Virus record (IMG/VR): IMGVR_UViG_3300025141_000025
Span: 1 to 64,000 of that record
From: a virus
Reading direction: 5' to 3' (one strand)
DNA length: 64,000 nt
The notes beneath the pieces were generated by a model, which was not told the origin of the DNA, did not search any database, and saw only the letters and a list, made by a program, of their open reading frames with translations. How positions within the stretch are numbered: position 1 is the stretch's first letter; every line of letters begins with the position of its first letter. The position numbers were made by a program, and so were the translations under genes. Below, piece by piece: positions 40,055 through 49,896 of this stretch.

Positions 40055-41074
40055 TCAATCTTCAACACTTATTACTTTCGATATCTTATTTGTATCCACA
40101 CCAGACACAGTTGTATATTGAAACTCATGCGCGCCCATGTCATTTGGGGTTGCGGCGGCATTAATGCCATTTACTTTTTTTGAGTATTTCCATGTAACAG
40201 ACCCACTAGTAATGTCTGTTGTCCTAGACGAACCATTGGCGGCTCCTAAACAGGGAGATCCATTTTCTAATCTAAAGCTACTAGAATTGATCAGAGGGTC
40301 GGTCTCAATGTCACCTGTACCGGCACCACCATAAAAATTTCCGTTTGTGGCGCCATCACTTCCTGAGACACAGTTATAGGTGTGAGTGTCAGCCCTAATT
40401 CCAGCAGCCTTTATGTGATGAAAAGGGTCAGCTACAATACAATATTTCACTGTCCCAAGCGTTGCAACTATTCCGTAGCCGCCAGCGCCTTCGCCAAAAC
40501 ACGAATTGTATACAGTGCAGTGTGTGACGGTTGTCCCTTGTTGTGTTGCTGCAATTCCGTCGTGTTGAATATCGTATATAAGACAATTATCAATAGCAAC
40601 GGGCTGCACACCAGCACTGATGGCCCGTGAAGATGTGCCCCTCACATTATAAATGGTACAATCGCTGATTATACTACCACTCTTTGGTCCAGTAATTGCG
40701 TGATCGGTCAGGTTGTGAAGGGTACAATTTTTTATGTGTACTACCCTGATACCTGCAACTGAGATTAAGCCGGCGCCGCTTGTTGCTGTTCCATCATAAT
40801 CTGTAATTGTGAGGTCTTCTATAACCCAATTATTATAAAACTTTATCGCGCAATCTAGGGTGCCGCCGCCATCGAGAGTGGGTGTGTATTTATTTCCATT
40901 AGAATCCGTTCCCGCTCTTATCGTGAGATCAGCAGTAATCTTTGAAAGGTTACCCTCATTGTAGGTACCGCTATCTTGTATTTCTATTATGTCATATCTA
41001 TTAGCAGCAGCTAGCGCGGTTGCGATTGTTGTATAATCACCAGAACCATCCTGCTTTACGACACGAATGGCCAT
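40055..41074 (-). CDS. Right-handed parallel beta-helix (pectin lyase-like) protein; putative tailspike/depolymerase
   Basis: VKQDGSGDYTTIATAL (pectinesterase-type N-terminal motif), repeated I.NCT.YN rungs, C-terminal DP...FRLENGSPC...DMGAHE. Confidence 0.75.
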   Translation of the reverse strand: MAIRVVKQDGSGDYTTIATALAAANRYDIIEIQDSGTYNEGNLSKITADLTIRAGTDSNGNKYTPTLDGGGTLDCAIKFYNNWVIEDLTITDYDGTATSGAGLISVAGIRVVHIKNCTLHNLTDHAITGPKSGSIISDCTIYNVRGTSSRAISAGVQPVAIDNCLIYDIQHDGIAATQQGTTVTHCTVYNSCFGEGAGGYGIVATLGTVKYCIVADPFHHIKAAGIRADTHTYNCVSGSDGATNGNFYGGAGTGDIETDPLINSSSFRLENGSPCLGAANGSSRTTDITSGSVTWKYSKKVNGINAAATPNDMGAHEFQYTTVSGVDTNKISKVISVED

Positions 41075-41862
41075 TATGAAATTTCAACCCATGTGGAATC
41101 AGGATTAAAATAAAGCAACATGTCCCTGGTGTGTGTGTCTAGACAGTAGCCAACTATTCTAACAAAATCATTAGCACCGCTTGGCGCTGTAAATGCATAT
41201 TCGCCAGCTGTTGTTGACACAAAAACAGGATATCCCACTGCTGCTGTTCCGTTTATTAAAGTGGAAGAAATTCTAACAAACCCTTTTAGTAGCATGCCGT
41301 GATCGGTTGGACTAGTTCCCATGGCCACGCCTAAAAACTGACTTCCTCCGGATGATGTGGCATTGGCATTGGCATCAGCCCAAGAACCGTCCGTGTGCAA
41401 ATAATAAAGTTCACCAGCCACCGTGGTTCCGGTGCCGTACTTTAAAATATCGCCGCCCCCTTCACCACCTGTCAGTTGATTTTCAAAAGTTGTTGCATTA
41501 TAATCGTGCACAACATCCAAAGAGGTTTTGGCGGCTCCGGAGGTTGAAATTCCGACTGAACCCGTCGTGAAAATTTTTCCGACTGCTGCCTCCGTGAACA
41601 ATGAGCTGCCGCCGACGCCTGCACCAGATCCGACTTCGGAACCTGCCCACATTAGTGTGCCGTTTTCGTTATAGAGCCTGTGATCTGTTTTTGTGGGTGC
41701 TGCCTTGGGTGGGATTGAAATAGCAGCGTCCTTCAGCATGTCTGTAGGTAATCCTACCTGTATTCCATTTGGAAACACAACTTTGAGAACACGATTGTCC
41801 TTTTTACTTCTAAGGACAATTTTATCTTCCTGTACAACCTTGTCTAGTTCTATCTTTGGCAT
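41074..41862 (-). CDS. Fibre/decoration-type structural protein
   Basis: RLYNENGTLMW and GSVGIST fibre-like motifs. C-terminal GELYYL...FLGVA...GYPVFVSTTAG...APSG...VRIVGY domain typical of phage fibre/cement proteins. Confidence 0.55.
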   Translation of the reverse strand: MPKIELDKVVQEDKIVLRSKKDNRVLKVVFPNGIQVGLPTDMLKDAAISIPPKAAPTKTDHRLYNENGTLMWAGSEVGSGAGVGGSSLFTEAAVGKIFTTGSVGISTSGAAKTSLDVVHDYNATTFENQLTGGEGGGDILKYGTGTTVAGELYYLHTDGSWADANANATSSGGSQFLGVAMGTSPTDHGMLLKGFVRISSTLINGTAAVGYPVFVSTTAGEYAFTAPSGANDFVRIVGYCLDTHTRDMLLYFNPDSTWVEIS

Positions 41863-41871
41863 TTTTACATC

Positions 41872-44800
41872 CTAAGACACATCAATGTTAACTTCAATAG
41901 GCTCAAGAACGATGTCAGGATTATCCAGCCTGTCTTTTACCTGCCCATCGTAGTAAGGCATTGTAGATGTTGCGTACGTATCCAAATTTTGGCTGTGGGT
42001 TTTTGCCGGATCAGTTGTTTCACCACTTTGACTGTCTTGAGGTACAAATATGATTTCAACAGGATAAGACAGACCTCCTTTACTGTCCAGAGTGACCGGA
42101 TATTTTCTCTGTTCCAGCATGTCTCTAAACTGTCCAAATCGATCCCTTCTCCACCTGCTATCAACTCTTGAACCAAAAATGCCCCCTAAGCCATACTTGT
42201 ATCCTCTCATGATTGGGGTAGAAATAAAAAAGCCGAATGCGGAGACCTTAAGGTCAGGTGTTGGTAAATTATAAGCGCCGTCTCCAAATCCCCACAACCA
42301 CCTGGTGGTATTTTTTCTAGCGCCTGGACTGTCAATGTAATTACCCCTTTCATCACTAGAGACGGTAGCAATTCCGTATGCTGAGCCGGATCCAAAAATA
42401 TATGCCGTATCTAACTGTTTAACTTCTCCGGCACCTTCCAGCTCGTTGTCACCGTCAAAAACTGACAATCGGGTACCTCTAAAACTTTGTGCCAGAAATC
42501 TCTGGTGCTTGATCTCATAGGCGGGGCGCATGTACCACTGCGTGTCGGATCCTGACAGGTCCTGTCCGCCGAGGGCATGAATATAATAGCTTCCCGTTGG
42601 TGCGCCAACTGCTATTGCTGCGTTTGAGAGGGCTGTTCCAAAAAGACCCTTACCCGATGCTTTTATCACCTCCAAGGCATTAGGGGGATAACTGTCATAA
42701 ACAGTTCCAATTGAGTCTGTCAATCTCACAAAACGCTGCAAAGAACCTGTCGTGCCAGCCTGCCCGCGGGCCACAGACGCAACGACCCCCCTAACATTAT
42801 CAACTGCCGGATTACCGTATGAACCATCGGCACCGGTAGCGAACATGGTGCCGGTAATGATGAGATCCACGTAAGAACCTGTTAGCGCCTGCTCGGGTTC
42901 CACATCCCACTGGTCATAGACAGGATTGTCGTAGTGCAGATCTTCGTGAATCGCGTCGGATGTGAGTGGTTGGTTACTTTTCTGTTCTACAGGTAAATTA
43001 TCCTGCAGCAAGGACCCAAAAAGTGTTAATGTGCCACCACCGGGCTCTAAATTATTCACGTATTCTTTGGCTATGTTTACTTCGGAGGGGGCGTTGGCGG
43101 AAGCTGGATCACCGACGGCACCCTGGTGGGAGTGCATTAAAACTAGTTTATCGCCAGGTAAAAGCACGAAAGGGCTCTCTCGGGACTCATGAAGATATGC
43201 ATCAAAAGGAATATATCCGCCTGCGGCCAGGGCCATGAATGAAACAGAGGAAGAAACTACCTGTGAGCCTATCACTGATCTTATGAAAGACCTGCCGTCC
43301 GCGCGATCTCGAAGATCTCGACCTCCTTTTTGTCGGCCGAAGAGCGTTCCCGGTGTGCCGGCGCCGTAGCCTCGTCCAAAAAATGCTGCTCCTACCCTGG
43401 GTTGTTTACACGGAATGTTTGGTGTACCGCGAAGAACAAACGAACCGGTGGGGTAGGCGCCGCCTTGAGGGAGCCATAAATCGGCCGCGGACCACGTTCC
43501 GGGAAAAGAAGAACTTAGAGCTGCTTCGGTTGCAAAACTATGTGTAAAGTATGTTCCAATTCGACCGTACCAGATAATACTCTTGTCGGTGTTTGAATCA
43601 AAAGTGGTTCCTGTCACCTCGAGTTTATCAACGTTATACCGATAAGTCTCAAAAAAAGTTTCTACTGATGCCGTGACTGGTTGTTCCCGTTGCAATACCA
43701 ACATAAATGTTGTAATCTGCATCTGCTCAGAGGCTGCGAGGACTGGGTACGTGCCGATAACACCCGAAAACCTCATTTCCACCTTTTCTAACAAAAATGG
43801 TGCCGTTATGGATGCTGTTGTATTATAAAGTTGCGAACTTGTGGCATTAAACTTTGTAGCATAGGGAAAACCTGCAACGTCAGTCGGGCCGCCTAGGCCA
43901 CCATTGAACGGTTGCATGTCCCAGGTCGCCAGATTCGTGCCGATATATTCAGCTGGAATTATGGAAAGCATGCTACCTGTGACAACCGCTTGGTCTTTGT
44001 TCAGGTAATCTACATTGCTTCCAGTCGTTAGATCTCCTACAATTTCCCACTTTTTTTGTTGAAAATTAAAATAAGCAAGACCCGAGTTGACACCTTCTGC
44101 AAGACCCTCAGCATTTGGCAAAGTCCCTGTGGATAAGGCCACACGAGTGGTTTCTGTTGGATTAATGTCGATTGTTAAGATGGTCTTCGATGACAACCGC
44201 TGGGCAAAACCCGGCAACGTGCCTGATGCCGTTCCTGTCGTATAAAATGCCGTCTCATTATCGAGGGTCACACGGCTTTCATTAAACGGCGTGATACTTT
44301 CACCGGGTGTGAAAGATATATGCGTGTCTGCAATACCCGCTGAGCACGAGCCAACTGTTTTCAAGCCTTGCAGGGCATTAGGTGTGGCGACGCCACCGGA
44401 AATAAATTTACTTCCTGGACCAGATTCTGGCAAACCTGTCGGGTAAATAATATTGCTGTCTGTCGAGAATACTATTGTGTTTGTGTCATCAAAACGCGAT
44501 GGATATGTTCCTAAAAAGTCAGGATCACCTGTTCTTGCCAGTGTCGGATAAGAACCGGTGTGATTGTCCTGGTCTTGTAACATTATCCTGGTAGGGTTGG
44601 AGATAATGCCCGAAACTGTTCCATTATCAAGTTTGGTAATATTATAAATTGCCTTGACATCTGCGGCACTCAGGGCATATCCCGACCACATCGCAAATTC
44701 TGAAATTTGTGCATCAGGTTCAGTGTCAGACTGATATGAAGCACCCACTTTCAGTGTATCATCATCATCTCTTTTCATCGACAGGTAACCCGAATCGCTA

Positions 44801-45465
44801 CTGTAATTCGAAGTTGTGTGTATTTCACCATTCAGGTATATTTTCATTCCTGCATATGCAGTATTCCCGCCGCTGCCGTCATATGTGAAAACAAGATGAT
44901 TCCACACTCCATTTAAATCACTTGTAGGGATATCTGAGGTTGATCGTATGCTTTGTGTTTTTGAGTTATCCTGATCATTTATGGCGAAGACTAATTGGTC
45001 GTAGTCAGCGTCCAGGTAAGCGTAGTACTCCGTAACGGAGGAAGTCCCCTTGCCAAAAAGATATGAAAGACCAGATGATGCGACGTTAGTAAAGTTTATC
45101 CACAAGCTTATCGAGAAAGCAGTATCGGAACCTGCTGCGGTCGTAGCTTCATCAGCTAAGCTAACATGTGATAGTATACCTGAACTTGGAGGTGTGACTG
45201 ACACATGCTGATTGGATGAATCGTTCGATGTGAATGTAAATCTAAGTGCGCCGCCCGGTGGATCCAGAGACTGGAGTTGACCGGCGGTTGGGCTATTTAG
45301 ATATATAGAAGTTAAATTATACGAAGCGTTGTCAGTCGGCGTTCCCGTTGTCATTTGTAACCACAAGACGAGACGCTCGGCAGCTGAGGCAGAGTAGCGA
45401 TTGCCTAAATTATCTTTAAACGGGCAATTAAGATCGTAATATTTTCCTTTTAGTTTTCTAGGCAT
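41872..45465 (-). CDS. Large baseplate/receptor-binding protein with N-terminal LamG domain (1197 aa)
   Basis: FSISLWINF...WNHLVFTYDG...MKIYLNG...ISEFAMW...LSAADVKAIYN LamG signature. Confidence 0.75.
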   Translation of the reverse strand: MPRKLKGKYYDLNCPFKDNLGNRYSASAAERLVLWLQMTTGTPTDNASYNLTSIYLNSPTAGQLQSLDPPGGALRFTFTSNDSSNQHVSVTPPSSGILSHVSLADEATTAAGSDTAFSISLWINFTNVASSGLSYLFGKGTSSVTEYYAYLDADYDQLVFAINDQDNSKTQSIRSTSDIPTSDLNGVWNHLVFTYDGSGGNTAYAGMKIYLNGEIHTTSNYSSDSGYLSMKRDDDDTLKVGASYQSDTEPDAQISEFAMWSGYALSAADVKAIYNITKLDNGTVSGIISNPTRIMLQDQDNHTGSYPTLARTGDPDFLGTYPSRFDDTNTIVFSTDSNIIYPTGLPESGPGSKFISGGVATPNALQGLKTVGSCSAGIADTHISFTPGESITPFNESRVTLDNETAFYTTGTASGTLPGFAQRLSSKTILTIDINPTETTRVALSTGTLPNAEGLAEGVNSGLAYFNFQQKKWEIVGDLTTGSNVDYLNKDQAVVTGSMLSIIPAEYIGTNLATWDMQPFNGGLGGPTDVAGFPYATKFNATSSQLYNTTASITAPFLLEKVEMRFSGVIGTYPVLAASEQMQITTFMLVLQREQPVTASVETFFETYRYNVDKLEVTGTTFDSNTDKSIIWYGRIGTYFTHSFATEAALSSSFPGTWSAADLWLPQGGAYPTGSFVLRGTPNIPCKQPRVGAAFFGRGYGAGTPGTLFGRQKGGRDLRDRADGRSFIRSVIGSQVVSSSVSFMALAAGGYIPFDAYLHESRESPFVLLPGDKLVLMHSHQGAVGDPASANAPSEVNIAKEYVNNLEPGGGTLTLFGSLLQDNLPVEQKSNQPLTSDAIHEDLHYDNPVYDQWDVEPEQALTGSYVDLIITGTMFATGADGSYGNPAVDNVRGVVASVARGQAGTTGSLQRFVRLTDSIGTVYDSYPPNALEVIKASGKGLFGTALSNAAIAVGAPTGSYYIHALGGQDLSGSDTQWYMRPAYEIKHQRFLAQSFRGTRLSVFDGDNELEGAGEVKQLDTAYIFGSGSAYGIATVSSDERGNYIDSPGARKNTTRWLWGFGDGAYNLPTPDLKVSAFGFFISTPIMRGYKYGLGGIFGSRVDSRWRRDRFGQFRDMLEQRKYPVTLDSKGGLSYPVEIIFVPQDSQSGETTDPAKTHSQNLDTYATSTMPYYDGQVKDRLDNPDIVLEPIEVNIDVS

Positions 45466-45466
45466 T

Positions 45467-46408
45467 TTATTTCTTTAACCCTCCATACACAATGGAATCA
45501 TACGTATAATTGTCATTTTGTGAAAAGACAAAACCGTGCCTGGCAATGATCTCATCTTCTCTTGTATTTTCAGTTCGAAACGCCTTGTAGGATGTGGAAG
45601 CACTTACGAAGCCGTCCACCAAGACGTGCCTAATTTCTGTGTCAAGTGTTCCCGAGGCATAAAAAAGCTCTCGCTGAGTTGTGTCAGTAAACGGCAACAT
45701 GTTGGAATCTGCATCAGAAAAAGCGCCTGGTAAATCAACACCACCGAATGCCTCTTGGCTGTCTAAAAATGGCCTAGTGGAGCTATTTTTTAGATTTTTT
45801 TTGTCGTCAAATACTAAGCTTTCTCTTTTTGCATTTGTAGCGCACATGTCGCCTTTTATTGAATGTGAAACATACGGAAGCTCTATTGATGACCTATCAA
45901 CAACTTTTCTAATATCCAGAGGTTCAATCACACCGTCCATCGTAAGCGGAGAAGCAGTAACCTGGACTAGGCTTATCGGTAGTGAAACCGCAAGCGGGTT
46001 TGTCATCATAAACTCTACAGGGCTAGATTCCAAGGAGGTGGCCTCGACAAACGGCGAGCTATCGTTGTATGATAAGGACTGCCCCAGGTCTCGCCTGTCA
46101 ACAGTGTGGTAAACAACCTGGCCCAGTTTACCTGTCGTGTCAATGTTTGCTAATGATCCGGTGCCACTCGTTCCTAGATTTTCAGATATTACTGATTCGT
46201 TAAAAAAATCCTGTGTTTGTGGAACCTCATTAAGTGTTGTAACAAGCCCGGTATTCGAACGAATTTTTACTATTGTGTAATTTGTTAATTGGTGTGGCTG
46301 GCGTAGATTTGTTCCCTGCAAAAAAGGAGAGTGCGAAGATGAATAGTGTAGGACACTGGTTTCGTCAGTTCCGTTTTGCCAAATTGATCCTGTTGTCGCG
46401 CTTGCCAT
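45467..46408 (-). CDS. Hypothetical baseplate-region protein
   Basis: 313-aa ORF translationally coupled to both neighbours. Confidence 0.65.
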   Translation of the reverse strand: MASATTGSIWQNGTDETSVLHYSSSHSPFLQGTNLRQPHQLTNYTIVKIRSNTGLVTTLNEVPQTQDFFNESVISENLGTSGTGSLANIDTTGKLGQVVYHTVDRRDLGQSLSYNDSSPFVEATSLESSPVEFMMTNPLAVSLPISLVQVTASPLTMDGVIEPLDIRKVVDRSSIELPYVSHSIKGDMCATNAKRESLVFDDKKNLKNSSTRPFLDSQEAFGGVDLPGAFSDADSNMLPFTDTTQRELFYASGTLDTEIRHVLVDGFVSASTSYKAFRTENTREDEIIARHGFVFSQNDNYTYDSIVYGGLKK

Positions 46409-49400
46409 TAAAATTTCCTCACTGTGCCAACCAGTTGCTGCAGCAATATCACTTCCTTACCACCCCTGTCTTCTTCACCCAAGTACAGGTCATAATATTT
46501 ATATGAAAATTTTGCGCGCTCTAAGGCATGTGATTCAATCACATAAGATGTACCAGAAAATTTTGCATCGTGAGGAAGCATTTGTTCTAAAATATCCCCA
46601 ATGGTGTCATCAAAAAACTTAAAGAATTCAAAAAATGACTGTAAATTAACCTTGTCAGTTAGCCTGTTAAAGTAAATTCTGCGTAAATTTCTCATGTGTG
46701 GATAATTTTGTGAAAAAACCAACTCTGGACTTCCAATAACGTTGTCTAACTTATCTAGGGTCGCAAAAATATTCATTATATCTTCGTTCAATCCCTGTGT
46801 TGTTGAAATTTCTATCGCCACCCTTTTATCATCATTTGGTTGATCATTTTGTGGTATTTCGTACAGGGGTGCAGTCGCGGCGTCATGTGTGTCAATGTTA
46901 TTTTGCTGTTTATAACTACGAATCCTTATTTTATTTGGATTTTCACCTGATTGGAAATTTGAACTGAGAACTTCAAAATCGTATCTTTCAGGTTTTATGA
47001 TTCTTTTTGATACTTCAAATCCTGTTCCAGCAAAAGTTAAATAATTTTGACTAAAATCAAATGCAGTCAGACGCCCAGACACATTTGATTCTGTTGTTGG
47101 CTGATCCAATGATATATCCTGTCGCAGACACTGAAATGAGCCACTCATGTTCGTTACAAAATTAAAATTAACCTCGGGATCAGTGACACCTAAAGACTTG
47201 TAGTTTCTAACATGCGTCTTTGTCTCCTGTTCTGAAAGGCTTTTACTCCAAAATCTTAAATTTGCAACTTTACCCGTGAATGTTGTTGTACGACTGTTAC
47301 TTTCAATAGATGTGTTGTTTAGAAATTTTCCGCCAGAAGTATCCAAGCTTTGACTGCCGATTACCATGAATGACCCGCTAGCATTATAAGCCACTGATCG
47401 TCTTTGTAGCGAGTTTGGTGTTATGGAGTCGTCATATAAACTTGAAGTTGTATAATATTGCTCCATTCCCGCAGGGCTAAATTTGGCTGCCCTCAAAAAA
47501 TATGAAGACGAAACGTAAGATTCAAATAAATCATTTCTTTCGCGACCGAAAGAAACATACCACTTTCCACCGTCGAATATGTCCACACCTGTTAATATTA
47601 GTTGTAATGTAGGTGCTGCTGTGCTTGTTGTGGGATGTCCGTATAATGTTATTGAACCCGTTACACTAGAGGCAGGTTCTGGTTTTTTTGCCACACAATT
47701 AAATAATGTGCCATGCTTATTTGAAGGCGCTGTAGTGCCTGTGACATGCATTCTGGCCAAACTTTGATATTGTGGATGAATAAATTTAGCGTCAAATTTG
47801 TACCTACCTTCCCATGTCCAGGATCCTGATGTGAACAAGCCATCACTTGACTTGTCTGTACCTGTCACAGGATGAACTAACCCTGTTCCTCCATTTCCCC
47901 ACACCCTAGGTAAACCTGGCTCTGTCCTAGAACCTGACAAAAAGCTACCCTGTAAAAATGGCCGGCTACCATCTATTCCATGAAAATTTAATGTTCCCTG
48001 TGAACCAAATGTACCGCTCATGTCTAGCATAGCAGCTATTTCATTTCTTCTGATGTAAGAGTCACCGAGTGTTCTTAGTTTTGATCCGCCAAACTCTCTA
48101 ATTCTAATTGGTCCATTTGAAGAAATTCCCATACTGGCAAGTGTTGCCCTAATTGATTGATGGGTTCCACGTGTAGAAAATAAAAACGGCAATTCAGAAA
48201 AAATTCTTCTCCAAATTGTATTTTGAATTGTTTGTAATGATGTGGTTTGTGCCCTGTCCAGTCTCACGTCCTGACCCTCGAAAAATTGAACAATGTTGGC
48301 CGAGTCAAATAGGGACGGTAATTTTATACCATAATAGCGTGACAGCCATGGCAACATTTGATTGCTAACAGTTTCATTTGATAAATGATCTACCTTTAGC
48401 AATCTTTTAAATTCATCAACAAACATTTTTAGTTCATCAAATGTTTTAGCAAAAGTAAAGAGCATACCTGCAATAATCTGAGGTTGTCCAATTACAGCGC
48501 CCCCAGGTTGATCAATATTTGTTGCGACAGTATCTGATAAGTTTCCATTTTCTTGAGAAAAGCCTTCCGCGGCAGAGGCGTCAGTTAGGTAGTGAGGCGG
48601 AATTAATTTTGTCACCAAGTTTGGATTATTGGAATCATAAAGAGATGCAGACAATAAAAGCCTGGAACTAAGGTTTGTAATATCGCCAAAAGACGGAAAA
48701 AGGCATATTGTAGACATTCTCGACTCACCCAAAACAGGTGATGTCCCGAAAGAAGATGTGTTCCTCAATGACATAGAAAAATTAGAAATTGTTGAATGTA
48801 GCGCATTTCCACTTGAATCTAAAACTAAACTTTCACCAGAACCATCATAGCTTCCTGACGGTTCATTAAATCTAAAAAATAGTTTTAGTTTTGGATCGGC
48901 AAATATTTCATTGAATCTTTGCGTTTTAATTTCTGTTTGTGTCTTTGCCTTATGCCAAAATCTAAAATCATCAATGGCACCTGACAGTGTTTCTACAGGG
49001 GTAAAAATATATGAATTTTGTGAATGAACTGATCCGCTTCCTATGTAAGCGGGCGAAGTTTTGAAATCTATTTTACCTAAGTGACCAAACGATGATGATG
49101 CCTTTTGCACAGCATTATTATACATTTTAATTTGGCCGGGTCCTGCAGATCTATCGAATACAGCAGCAATATGTTGAAATTCGCCTTTTGTAACTTCTAA
49201 AGAAGCCGATAAATTTAATGATGATGAACTTATTAGACAAAAAAGATCCGCTGTTGCAGTTGATGTAGATTGCGATAAAAATAAAGTGACCCCGTTACTA
49301 CCACTTAATTTTTGTAATATTACCTGATTATCGTTAGCAGTTGTTGGCACAGAAAAATGAAATTCAACTGTAAACGGTTTTGTATCGGGATCTAGGACAC

Positions 49401-49890
49401 TTTCGCCTGTTGGACTTTTTGTCAGTGTCGGCTGTGTTGAACCTTTAAAATCATTTACCGTTATATAACTTCCGGGTTCTGTTGCTGAATTTGAACCGCT
49501 AAAAGACAAATATCCTACGTGCACAGGAAAATTATCATAAACATGCTTTTCAAAACCTGACAATTTGTCAACAAATGTTATTATTTCGCTTTTACTGTCA
49601 TCAAACGGCATTTGATTTATTATCTTGGAAAATGCCAGCTGTGTTTTCGCTTCTGCACTATTAAAGAATGTGTGGTTATGAAATTTTGAAAAATCTACAT
49701 TTAGTTGCTGAGTACTTTTTAGAGGCGAACCTGGAGCATCAAACCTAAAAGTTCCAGTCAACACCAACGCACTATTGTCAAGATCACTAAGGGAAACGTC
49801 TTTAATTGGTGACCCATTTTTCGAAGATCTTGTAATTCCTGCTTTAAACAACAGGGAATCATCGGCTAATGTATTTTTTTCTTTTGCCAT
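46408..49890 (-). CDS. Baseplate wedge protein (gp7/P2 gpI-like core) with two LamG domains
   Basis: MLPWLSRYYGI...WRRIFSELPFLFSTRGTHQSIRATL (gpI-like LPWL...KGT pattern) flanked by LamG motifs (FQHIAAVFD...IDDFRFW; WYVSFGR...VANLRFWSKSLS). Confidence 0.7.
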   Translation of the reverse strand: MAKEKNTLADDSLLFKAGITRSSKNGSPIKDVSLSDLDNSALVLTGTFRFDAPGSPLKSTQQLNVDFSKFHNHTFFNSAEAKTQLAFSKIINQMPFDDSKSEIITFVDKLSGFEKHVYDNFPVHVGYLSFSGSNSATEPGSYITVNDFKGSTQPTLTKSPTGESVLDPDTKPFTVEFHFSVPTTANDNQVILQKLSGSNGVTLFLSQSTSTATADLFCLISSSSLNLSASLEVTKGEFQHIAAVFDRSAGPGQIKMYNNAVQKASSSFGHLGKIDFKTSPAYIGSGSVHSQNSYIFTPVETLSGAIDDFRFWHKAKTQTEIKTQRFNEIFADPKLKLFFRFNEPSGSYDGSGESLVLDSSGNALHSTISNFSMSLRNTSSFGTSPVLGESRMSTICLFPSFGDITNLSSRLLLSASLYDSNNPNLVTKLIPPHYLTDASAAEGFSQENGNLSDTVATNIDQPGGAVIGQPQIIAGMLFTFAKTFDELKMFVDEFKRLLKVDHLSNETVSNQMLPWLSRYYGIKLPSLFDSANIVQFFEGQDVRLDRAQTTSLQTIQNTIWRRIFSELPFLFSTRGTHQSIRATLASMGISSNGPIRIREFGGSKLRTLGDSYIRRNEIAAMLDMSGTFGSQGTLNFHGIDGSRPFLQGSFLSGSRTEPGLPRVWGNGGTGLVHPVTGTDKSSDGLFTSGSWTWEGRYKFDAKFIHPQYQSLARMHVTGTTAPSNKHGTLFNCVAKKPEPASSVTGSITLYGHPTTSTAAPTLQLILTGVDIFDGGKWYVSFGRERNDLFESYVSSSYFLRAAKFSPAGMEQYYTTSSLYDDSITPNSLQRRSVAYNASGSFMVIGSQSLDTSGGKFLNNTSIESNSRTTTFTGKVANLRFWSKSLSEQETKTHVRNYKSLGVTDPEVNFNFVTNMSGSFQCLRQDISLDQPTTESNVSGRLTAFDFSQNYLTFAGTGFEVSKRIIKPERYDFEVLSSNFQSGENPNKIRIRSYKQQNNIDTHDAATAPLYEIPQNDQPNDDKRVAIEISTTQGLNEDIMNIFATLDKLDNVIGSPELVFSQNYPHMRNLRRIYFNRLTDKVNLQSFFEFFKFFDDTIGDILEQMLPHDAKFSGTSYVIESHALERAKFSYKYYDLYLGEEDRGGKEVILLQQLVGTVRKF

Positions 49891-49896
49891 TTTATA

